A stretch of DNA of 32,000 nucleotides from assembly GCA_046497275.1 (NCBI GenBank), contig JAWOFX010000167.1, positions 16,825 to 48,824 on the forward strand. Direction: 5' to 3'. The DNA comes from Promethearchaeia archaeon. GTDB taxonomy: Archaea > Asgardarchaeota > Lokiarchaeia > Sigyniarchaeales > SOKP01. The notes under the pieces are model-generated. The model was not told the origin of the DNA, did not search any database, and was given only the letters and a program-made list of their open reading frames with translations. How positions within the stretch are numbered: the first letter of the stretch is position 1; the number at the start of each line of letters is the position of its first letter. Made by a program: the position numbers and the translations under genes. Positions 1 to 8,145 of this stretch are shown here, piece by piece.

Positions 1-393
1 ATTCCTCATCTAAAAGAAGCGAAAAAGAGAGGACTAGGAGTAGGAAACCTTAAAGACATAGAAATTGTAGGTATTCCGTTATACGAGGCTAAAAAATTCA
101 CTCCTGAATTTAAAATTCCAGGCAAACGAATGATAAAGATAGGAGCATATATTACAAGCCGTCTTGTATATAAAATTACTAAAAAAATTCCTATTTTAGA
201 TAAAAAGAAATGCATAGGTTGTCAAGAATGTGCCCAAATATGTCCTGCAGAGGCTATCGAATTTATTGATTCAAACTTTCCCCAATTTCAAAGAAGTAAA
301 TGTATTTCATGTTTATGTTGCTCTGAACTCTGCTCTCAACAGGCAATAACAACTAAGAGGAGAGGAATTAAGGGTTTATTTAAAGGAAATTAA
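1..393 (+). CDS. DUF362-family protein with C-terminal 2x[4Fe-4S] ferredoxin domain (5' truncated by window edge)
   Basis: Frame 1 is open from base 1 (IPHLKEAKKRGLGVGNLKDIEIVG, resembling the end of a DUF362 domain) into the listed ORF 130..393. That ORF has two CxxCxxCxxxC-type motifs (CIGCQECAQICP; CISCLCCSELCS). Confidence 0.75.
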   Translation: MPHLKEAKKRGLGVGNLKDIEIVGIPLYEAKKFTPEFKIPGKRMIKIGAYITSRLVYKITKKIPILDKKKCIGCQECAQICPAEAIEFIDSNFPQFQRSKCISCLCCSELCSQQAITTKRRGIKGLFKGN

Positions 394-422
394 ACCAAAT
401 TTAGATTTTGACCAATCTTTCT

Positions 423-1808
423 TCACAAATATTTCTGATAATTCATTAAAAATAAATAATATCCAATCCTTGCATTTTCAATTGATTTTAATTGTACAAA
501 TTCATTAGCAGTATGGGCATATCCCCCTACTCCTAACCCTCCTGTTATATAGTCAGTCTCAAGGTTATTTTGAAGAATATTCAAAGGAGAGGCAGCTGCA
601 CTTATAGGCCAGAGTTCAGTAGATATATTCAATTCTTTAAAAGAATCGATAAGGCTTTTAACCAATTTAGAATCTTTAGAAACTCGTGAGCTCCTATATC
701 CTATAGTTTTAGATATATTTAAATTGGAGTTTATTAATGAAGATAATTTTTTTGCTTTTTCTTGTATTTCATCGAATATATTTTCAATTGGAACGTCATG
801 AGCAAACCTAATATCAATATTACATGAACAGGAATTAGGAACGGAATTTTTGATTCCAGTATTCAAATAACCTGATTTTAACGTGGAAATATTAAATGTG
901 GGGTCGAAAAGATACTTAAGAAAAAATTGTCTTGGATCTTGAAAAATAAAATTATTTACACCTGCTTTTTGCGCAATCTTTTCTATATTTATGCTAGATT
1001 TAAGATTTTCAATTAGCATATCCTCTTCATTATTTAATTGATAATCACTTGAGAGGGAATGAATGGATATTTGGTTATTTGAATAAAGTAAATTAATTAC
1101 TTTTATTAAATCTCTAGCTGGGTTTGGAATCACATTACTATAGGAAGAATGAACCTCTTCATTCTCGGAAGATGTTTCGATAGTGAGAGATATGATACCT
1201 TTATAACCCAGTTTTAAAACAGCTTTTCCCTCGAGATTTTGTTTTAATGCGGGATAATAAACACCATTGCATTCTTTTAATATTTTTTCATATTTTTGAA
1301 TAAAATATGGCAAGGAAGGAGAGCCAATTTCTTCCTCTCCGTCAAAAAGCAAATAAAGAGAAAATGGTAAAGCGTGTTTTGATTTTAATATTTTAATAAC
1401 ATTCAAAAAACAAATTAAAGGAGTTTTAGAATTATAAGCTCCTCTTGCAATAATACAATCCCCTAATTTAGGCAAGAAAGGCAATTTTCTTATTTTTGCT
1501 TCAAATGGAGGAGATATCCAACTCTTATTATCTTTAATTGGTTGAGTATCATACATCATATAAATTAATAAGGAAGATTCAGTATTTCCCTCTATATATG
1601 AGAGTAATATAGGATTAAATTCTCCCTTAAATTCAATAATATTCTCTGAAATTGGAGAAAGAGAAGATTTTATAAATTCAAGTGTTTTAGAGATTCCATC
1701 TGGATTATTAGATTCACTAGAAATTTGTAAAAATGGGGTTAATTCATTTTTAATAAATGATGTATTAGTTTTGGTTATTTTTTTTATTTCAATATTTTTT
1801 TCTGTCAT
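423..1808 (-). CDS. M20/M25/M40 (ArgE/DapE-like) metallo-hydrolase with an atypical metal site
   Basis: Motif order YMMYDTQP, ARGAYNSK, DGEEEIGSP, LGYKG, HSS, AHTANE matches the M20 peptidase layout. Confidence 0.85.
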   Translation of the reverse strand: MTEKNIEIKKITKTNTSFIKNELTPFLQISSESNNPDGISKTLEFIKSSLSPISENIIEFKGEFNPILLSYIEGNTESSLLIYMMYDTQPIKDNKSWISPPFEAKIRKLPFLPKLGDCIIARGAYNSKTPLICFLNVIKILKSKHALPFSLYLLFDGEEEIGSPSLPYFIQKYEKILKECNGVYYPALKQNLEGKAVLKLGYKGIISLTIETSSENEEVHSSYSNVIPNPARDLIKVINLLYSNNQISIHSLSSDYQLNNEEDMLIENLKSSINIEKIAQKAGVNNFIFQDPRQFFLKYLFDPTFNISTLKSGYLNTGIKNSVPNSCSCNIDIRFAHDVPIENIFDEIQEKAKKLSSLINSNLNISKTIGYRSSRVSKDSKLVKSLIDSFKELNISTELWPISAAASPLNILQNNLETDYITGGLGVGGYAHTANEFVQLKSIENARIGYYLFLMNYQKYL

Positions 1809-1884
1809 TTTTTTTCAATTCATTGTAAAATTAAATTGCTATTAATAATTACTCTAGATAAATATAAGCGAATCTCATAAATAT

Positions 1885-2280
1885 ATGAATGAAAAAAACT
1901 TATCAGATCCTTCAAATATTGATAGGTTGAGTCAAATAATCCAGAGTCTTAAAGAGAAGGCAAATTTATCTGGAATAATTCTATCCTATAGGGACGGTAG
2001 AACTATAGTAAAAGAGATTGAGGGAGTCCATCAGATTGATCAGTTTATACCTTTGATTGCTTCTGCATTACGTAGTGCTGAGGATTTGGGAATTACTGTT
2101 AATGGAAGTACTCTTCACAAAATAATTGCTCAATTAGAGAATTTTTCTATTATGATTTTAAAATGTAGTAGTAAAGATGTCTTTTTAACTTTAATTATCA
2201 ATGAAGCGTCTAATCTTAAACCCATTTTAGAAAATTATGAGGAACTTTCAAAAAAGATTGCAAAACATATAGAGATTTGA
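1885..2280 (+). CDS. Roadblock/LC7 (MglB-like) domain protein
   Basis: 131 aa with the roadblock pattern: helix, GIILSYRDGRTI strand pair, helix (ALIASALRSAEDLG), then three strands and a terminal helix. Confidence 0.8.
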   Translation: MNEKNLSDPSNIDRLSQIIQSLKEKANLSGIILSYRDGRTIVKEIEGVHQIDQFIPLIASALRSAEDLGITVNGSTLHKIIAQLENFSIMILKCSSKDVFLTLIINEASNLKPILENYEELSKKIAKHIEI

Positions 2281-2379
2281 AGGTATTAGTAAAATGAAGA
2301 GGAAAAATTAAATTATAACGTAATTAAATTCATATTATCATAATTAAAAATAATGTGGAAAAAAAAAAAGGGGATTTTA

Positions 2380-3261
2380 ATGAATAGAGATTTTATGAAA
2401 GATGAAACATTCAATGGAACATATCCATTTAAACCGAATTTTGAATCAATAAATGGATTTAATATGCATTATGTTGATGAAGGGAAAGGAGACCCAATCG
2501 TGTGTTTGCATGGAGAACCAACATGGAGTTATTTATATAGAAACTTCATAATCGAATTATCAAAGAATAATCGGCTAATAAGCCCAGATCAAATGGGTTT
2601 TGGCAAAAGCGATGTCCCGCAAGATAAAGAATATCGAATGGATGAACATATTGATAATCTAACAAAATTATTATTGAGGTTAGATTTAAAGAACATAACT
2701 TTAGTTATTCAAGACTGGGGCGGTCCGATTGGACTTGGGTTCGCTGTTAATAATCCAGAACGAATTAAACGTCTTGTTATCATGAATACATCTATTGGTG
2801 TAATGAGAGCTGATAAAAAGCCTTGGTATGCCACAGTTGAGGAGAAAGGAATTTATAAACAATTTATCATGAATATTGAGGGATTACTAAAAGGAGGTAT
2901 TTACAGGAAGGGGAATATTACAGATTCTATGATTAAAGCCTATACAGCACCATTTCCAAGCGAAGAATATTATATCGGAGCCTTTGCTTGGCCAAAAGAT
3001 ATTCCAGTTGGAGATTCCCATCCGAGTGCTCCGATTATGATGCATGTTCGAGAAAATTTAGATAAATTGTCCGAAAAGGATAAAATATTAATTTGGGGTA
3101 TGAAAGATCCCATCTTTCCGAAGAGAACAATTGATTGGTGGCATAAAATTTATCCAGATATAGAAACTCATAGAATTGAGAATGCTTCTCATTTTCTTCA
3201 AGAAGATGCTCCAGAAGAAATTATCAAAAATATAATGAATTTTCTAAAAAAGACACCCTAA
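2380..3261 (+). CDS. Haloalkane dehalogenase-family alpha/beta hydrolase (HLD-I-like)
   Basis: Motifs HGEPTWSYLYR, PDQMGFGKSD, nucleophile elbow QDWGG and HFLQED. ATG 2380 is preferred over 2353 because GGGGAT lies 5 nt upstream. Confidence 0.85.
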   Translation: MNRDFMKDETFNGTYPFKPNFESINGFNMHYVDEGKGDPIVCLHGEPTWSYLYRNFIIELSKNNRLISPDQMGFGKSDVPQDKEYRMDEHIDNLTKLLLRLDLKNITLVIQDWGGPIGLGFAVNNPERIKRLVIMNTSIGVMRADKKPWYATVEEKGIYKQFIMNIEGLLKGGIYRKGNITDSMIKAYTAPFPSEEYYIGAFAWPKDIPVGDSHPSAPIMMHVRENLDKLSEKDKILIWGMKDPIFPKRTIDWWHKIYPDIETHRIENASHFLQEDAPEEIIKNIMNFLKKTP

Positions 3262-3262
3262 T

Positions 3263-4213
3263 TTAAATTAGGATTAAAATCACACCTACAATGGTAAGTG
3301 AGACCCCAAAAAAACCTTTTATTGAAAGCTTTTCTCTGTTAAGTAAATAGCTTATTGGGAGAGAAAAAAGTGGATTAGCCGAAGCAATTAATGACATTAC
3401 AGAGGCACCTGCGATTCTTGCCGCTTCTGTGAAAAAATACACGCCTATTGAAGTTCCAATGAGAGAAGCAGATATGAGCCAAAACCACGTATTTTTTTTC
3501 TGTAAATTATTATCAAAATTTTCTTTTTTAACCATAATTAATAGGAGAAATAGTGCGAATGGAAATCTTATTACATTGCCAACAACTGAACTTAAATTTT
3601 CGTTAAGAAGGATTCTATTAATTTCATTTGTTGCATAATCTATCATTACTAACCCTATTGCCCATCCTAAAGAAGCGATCACAGCGAATATTGTGGGCGC
3701 AATTTCACTCTTTTTGTTAATGCTGTCTGATTTTCTGTTAGAGTTCTTAAATTCCATTGAATTTTCGCGATCGAGTACATTTAGCTTAATCTTATATTTT
3801 GAAATTATAAAAATTCCTACAGATATAAATAGAGCAGAGGGAATTAATAAAACATCAAATGGTCTTTCTAAGAATAATAAATCTAAAATAAATGTAAAAA
3901 AAGGAAAAGTCATAGATACTGCAAGAGCTTTTGTGGTTCCGAGTTCTTTTTGAGATTTAAAATAGAACGTGTCTCCAAGTACTTGTCCGAAGACAAAACT
4001 AATTATCAATATAAGCCATAATCCCCAAGGAAGGATAAATATTGCGGTGAAAATACCAAGAATCATTGAAAGGATTAAAAAAGTTATCAATCCAACTGCA
4101 GTTCTGAACATATTAATAAAAGTCGGTGAAACGTCATTTTCTACTCTGCGAAACATAGCATTTGAAGCAACAAATGATAAGTTCGCTAAGATTGCAACAA
4201 ATACTCCAATCAT
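3263..4213 (-). CDS. DMT/EamA family transporter
   Basis: About 10 hydrophobic segments in two repeats of 5, with GQVLGDTFYF and final G(V)SLTIVGVILIL patterns. Confidence 0.85.
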   Translation of the reverse strand: MIGVFVAILANLSFVASNAMFRRVENDVSPTFINMFRTAVGLITFLILSMILGIFTAIFILPWGLWLILIISFVFGQVLGDTFYFKSQKELGTTKALAVSMTFPFFTFILDLLFLERPFDVLLIPSALFISVGIFIISKYKIKLNVLDRENSMEFKNSNRKSDSINKKSEIAPTIFAVIASLGWAIGLVMIDYATNEINRILLNENLSSVVGNVIRFPFALFLLLIMVKKENFDNNLQKKNTWFWLISASLIGTSIGVYFFTEAARIAGASVMSLIASANPLFSLPISYLLNREKLSIKGFFGVSLTIVGVILILI

Positions 4214-4298
4214 CTAGTTGTATAAAGGCTGAATACTTTAAATTTTAATTGAATTTAGAATATTAAATTTAGATTATTAAAAGCAAATAGAAGAAGCA

Positions 4299-5723
4299 TT
4301 AAATACTTTGCATCCAAGCATTAATCAATTCAATTAGCTTGGGAGTGAATATAATTAATAGAATAACTATGCTAATCCCAAAAATAGCCCATAAAATCCC
4401 AATGATCCTGGCTTTTTTATCATTTACATCTTTCTTATAACGATGTCTTCTATGAAATGATTCTTTTGATTCTGCTTTATGATAAGCTTGTAATCCTTTT
4501 GGTGTTAATACAAGGTCTCCATCAATGATTTCCACCTCCCCACCCTTGATTAGTTTTTTGATATATTTTTCTGCTGTTTGAGCTCCAAGATCATTATAGA
4601 AGAAATCTGCATAACCTTGATAATATTTTCTACCTAACTCTAATCCATTTTTAAATGTCTCTATAAGCTCAGATTCAGATAACCGGTTTCCTCTAATGGT
4701 TGATAGTAAATATTTTGTGAGGATATTGTCATAAATATTATCAGATTTTACATTTATCGCGGAAATATCGAATTCCCACTCCTTTTTTATTAATTCTCGA
4801 AGAAATTCGTAACCTTCCTTAAGAATTAAAATACCAATGAAAAATCCGATAATGGGATCAATAAAGTAAAGATCAAAGATAGCAAAGCTAAGTCCAATTA
4901 ATACCCCAACGCTTATTAGAACATTCACTTCTGAGTCTTTTGAATCACTTAATAGAGACAGATTTCCCGATGAACGCCCCACAAGGCCCTTATAGTACAT
5001 TAAAGCATAATTTACTAAAATCGAGATCCCAATTATCAAATAGGATTCAAAATTCGGCTCTATCACTACCGGAGAGAATAATGCGCTTATATTGGACCAG
5101 ATCATCGTTATACCTGTAATTATCATTAAAGAGATGACTATAATACTCGCAATCCGGTCTTTCTTAAATCTAAGCCCTAAATAAATTATACCTATTTTTA
5201 TTAGATCTGTAAAATTCTCAAATCCCTCAGAAATCATTCCTTGACTGTCAATAGTCAGACCTAATAAAATTTTAGTGAGAGAAAGAATAACCAGAGAAAT
5301 AGCTGTGATTATCATCACAAATTTTTCTGTTAAAACTTTTCTCATCCAATGGCTGGTGACGATCATCATATAATAACTTGCTTCTATATAGGCTTTTCCT
5401 GTATCGGTTAGCTTGACTTTATCATCTGAGTCCAATGTGATGTATTTTTTGCTTCTGCCTAAGTGGATATATTCCTCTACATCATCTTCTTTAATACCTA
5501 ACTGTGACATTGTAGCTAAAAATAGCTTTTTCATCCATTTTTTAATCTCAGAAATGTCGTGAACTCCATCATATATCAAACATAAAAATCCATAAAATAA
5601 GTCAAATTGGGGTCCAGATCCTTCTCTTCCAAATCTATCCTTTTGCTCTCTTATTTTATTAAAGATAGCTTTTAGTTTAAAATCTTTTTTGGTTATTTTT
5701 GATTGTAAATCAGATATAGGCAT
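4299..5723 (-). CDS. Cation diffusion facilitator (CDF) transmembrane domain flanked by two winged-helix-like domains
   Basis: CDF-like TM2 (SQGMISEGFENFTD), TM5 (SLLSDSKDSEVN) and TM6 (IDPIIGFFIGILILKEGY). Both soluble regions end in wing motifs (VKLTDTGKAY; LVLTPKGLQAY). Confidence 0.75.
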   Translation of the reverse strand: MPISDLQSKITKKDFKLKAIFNKIREQKDRFGREGSGPQFDLFYGFLCLIYDGVHDISEIKKWMKKLFLATMSQLGIKEDDVEEYIHLGRSKKYITLDSDDKVKLTDTGKAYIEASYYMMIVTSHWMRKVLTEKFVMIITAISLVILSLTKILLGLTIDSQGMISEGFENFTDLIKIGIIYLGLRFKKDRIASIIVISLMIITGITMIWSNISALFSPVVIEPNFESYLIIGISILVNYALMYYKGLVGRSSGNLSLLSDSKDSEVNVLISVGVLIGLSFAIFDLYFIDPIIGFFIGILILKEGYEFLRELIKKEWEFDISAINVKSDNIYDNILTKYLLSTIRGNRLSESELIETFKNGLELGRKYYQGYADFFYNDLGAQTAEKYIKKLIKGGEVEIIDGDLVLTPKGLQAYHKAESKESFHRRHRYKKDVNDKKARIIGILWAIFGISIVILLIIFTPKLIELINAWMQSI

Positions 5724-5886
5724 TATGTAAATATTTCTTTTTGATTTTATTAAAAATTTGTGAAATCCGAAAGAGGATTATCTCTCCAAATCAATTAAAA
5801 TCTATTGTAATATTTAAAAAATGAAATAATATTTAAAAATTAAAAAAATAGATATATGGATAATTGAAAATTTAAGAAATTTAATT

Positions 5887-7872
5887 CTATTTTGGTACAT
5901 CAACATCCATTTTCTTACGTTCTTCTAAAAGATCTTCGACTACTGAGGGATCTGCTAAGGTAGTGACGTTCCCAATATCCGTTCCTGCTGCGATAGCTTT
6001 CAAAACTCGTCTCATAATTTTCCCGCTTCTAGTTTTTGGTAATGCATCAGCAAATTGTACGACATCTGGTTGAAATACAGGACCAATTTCTTGTCTTACA
6101 TGCATCACAATTCCCTTTCTAAGTTCTTCTGTCTTTTCAACTCCTTCCATTAGCGTGACATACGCCCAGATAGCATTTCCCTTGATTTTATGTGGGAAAG
6201 GTGCGACAGCAGCTTCAGCTACTTTCGGATGACTTACGATGGCTGATTCGACTTCCATTGTTCCAATTCTATGTCCAGAAACCTTTATCACATCATCTAA
6301 TCGTCCTAATATCCAATAATATCCATCTTCATCCCTTCTTGCTCCATCTCCAGTATAATAATATCCCTCATATCTGCTCAAATAAGTGGATTTGAATCGT
6401 TCTGTATCACCCCAGACATCTCGAAGCATTCCTGGCCACGGTTGTGCCATGCAGAAGTATCCCCCCTCATGAGGTTCAGTCACCTCGTTCCCCTCCATAT
6501 CAAAGATAATGGGTTTAATTCCTAAGAAAGGTAAACAACAAGATCCAGGTTTAGTAGGGGTAGCCGTAGCAATAGGTGTCATTATAAACCCACCAGTTTC
6601 AGTTTGCCAGTAGGTATCAACAATAGGACAGCGTTCCTTTCCAATGACTCGATGATACCAAGTCCATGCTTCAGGATTAATAGGCTCTCCCACTGTTCCT
6701 AATACACGAAGAGAGCTTAAATCATGATTATTAACTGGATCTTCCCCAAATCTCATTAAAGCACGGATAGCGGTTGGTGCAGTATAAAATTGGGTTACTT
6801 TATGCCGCTCAACTATATCCCAGAATCGATCGACATCAGGGTATGTAGGAACACTTTCAAACATCAAGGTTGTAGCGCCATTTGCTAATGGTCCATACAC
6901 GATATAACTATGACCAGTTATCCATCCTATATCTGCCGTACAGTACCAAATATCTCCTTCTTTATAGTTGAATACGACTTTATGAGTATATGAGGTATAT
7001 AAAATATATCCTGCTGTCGTATGTTTAACACCCTTGGGTTTTCCAGTGGTTCCGCTCGTATAAAGGATAAAGAGGGTATCTTCTGAATCCATTTCTTCAC
7101 AATCACATTCTGTATCCATTCCATCAATAAAATCTTTATACCAGATATCCTTATCTGTGTGGGGTACTGGATTCCCAGTTCTCTCTACAACAATTATATT
7201 TTCGATAGTTGGCACATCATCAATAATTTGGGCTACATCATTCATTTTTGGATATGTTTTTCCTGCTCGTAAGGTCTGATCGCATGTAAATAAGAGTCTC
7301 GAATCCGAATCCTCAATTCTGTCTTTTACAGCTTCTTTTGAGAATCCACCGAATACAATAGAGTGGATAACCCCTATTCTGGAACAAGCAAGCATAATAA
7401 TAGCTAACTCTGGTATCATAGGGAGCCAAATAGTCACTCTATCTCCTTTTTCTAATCCCAATTTTTTCATACCATTTGCCACTTTGCATACTTCTTCCTT
7501 GAGCTGCTCATAGGTGAACTTTCTTACTTCCCCAGGTTCATCAGCTTCCCAGATAATTGCAATTTCATCACCTTTTCCATCCTCAATATGTCGGTCAATA
7601 CAATTATAACTTACATTTAATTTACCGCCAACAAACCATTTGCCAGGAAATAGGTCGGTTTTCTCCCAGACTTTATCATAAGGTTTGAACCAACTAATTG
7701 ATTTAGCTTGTTCATCCCAAAAACCTTCCATATCTTCGACAGATTTTTTATAAAGTTCTTTATATTCCGTTAAGGAAATTCCCGTTTTAGCATAGTCGGG
7801 ATTCAATTTAACCGGATCGAAGACACGTTTCTCTGAAAGAATGCTTTCCATTTTTTCTTCTTTTTCAGTCAT
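5887..7872 (-). CDS. acs: AMP-forming acetyl-CoA synthetase
   Basis: Motifs YTSGTTGKPKG, WYCTADIGWITGHSY, GTVGEPINP, DTYWQTETG, GRLDDVIKVSGHR and PKTRSGKIMRR. ATG 7872 is chosen over GTG 7881. Confidence 0.97.
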   Translation of the reverse strand: MTEKEEKMESILSEKRVFDPVKLNPDYAKTGISLTEYKELYKKSVEDMEGFWDEQAKSISWFKPYDKVWEKTDLFPGKWFVGGKLNVSYNCIDRHIEDGKGDEIAIIWEADEPGEVRKFTYEQLKEEVCKVANGMKKLGLEKGDRVTIWLPMIPELAIIMLACSRIGVIHSIVFGGFSKEAVKDRIEDSDSRLLFTCDQTLRAGKTYPKMNDVAQIIDDVPTIENIIVVERTGNPVPHTDKDIWYKDFIDGMDTECDCEEMDSEDTLFILYTSGTTGKPKGVKHTTAGYILYTSYTHKVVFNYKEGDIWYCTADIGWITGHSYIVYGPLANGATTLMFESVPTYPDVDRFWDIVERHKVTQFYTAPTAIRALMRFGEDPVNNHDLSSLRVLGTVGEPINPEAWTWYHRVIGKERCPIVDTYWQTETGGFIMTPIATATPTKPGSCCLPFLGIKPIIFDMEGNEVTEPHEGGYFCMAQPWPGMLRDVWGDTERFKSTYLSRYEGYYYTGDGARRDEDGYYWILGRLDDVIKVSGHRIGTMEVESAIVSHPKVAEAAVAPFPHKIKGNAIWAYVTLMEGVEKTEELRKGIVMHVRQEIGPVFQPDVVQFADALPKTRSGKIMRRVLKAIAAGTDIGNVTTLADPSVVEDLLEERKKMDVDVPK

Positions 7873-8145
7873 TTTTTTCACAAGATTTATAGTAAAGAAT
7901 AATTAACACTATAGAAAAGATTAATATTAGATAAAATAATAAATTTTTTACGAACAATTTTTATGTGATCATAAGTCGAAATTATGAAATTCAAACATAA
8001 TGTTTAGATTTTCTACAATCACGCATTCAGAATCATAAAATCTTCTAATAAATCAATATTGCATATAAAAAATTATTAAAGAAAAATGAAGATAGTAACA
8101 TTTATCAAGTATCCAAATTATTCAAAATAATTTCGATCATAAAAA

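Noticed and set aside
130-393. Stand-alone 87-aa ferredoxin as listed in the ORF track
   Set aside because: The frame is open from base 1 with DUF362-like sequence, so this is the C-terminal domain of a longer gene.
2359-2369. A11 run as a phase-variation or slippage site
   Set aside because: It lies upstream of the more plausible start at 2380, so it would not shift the reading frame.
3429-4217. Short ORFs antisense to or overlapping long genes (e.g. 6..215, 3429, 3693, 3969, 6192, 6927, 8471, 16779, 18703, 21300, 21846, 22790, 23487, 23533, 23807, 25036, 26647, 28813, 30018, 31178)
   Set aside because: All overlap well-supported genes and have no motifs; they are expected shadow ORFs.
5808-5839. 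13-bp direct repeat TAATATTTAAAAA twice
   Set aside because: All-AT word in AT-rich intergenic DNA; likely chance or a simple TATA-like element.
5887-7872. Visibly higher GC in acs as evidence of horizontal transfer
   Set aside because: GC was judged by eye only. Amino-acid composition and expression-linked codon bias could explain it, and there are no mobility genes or flanking repeats.
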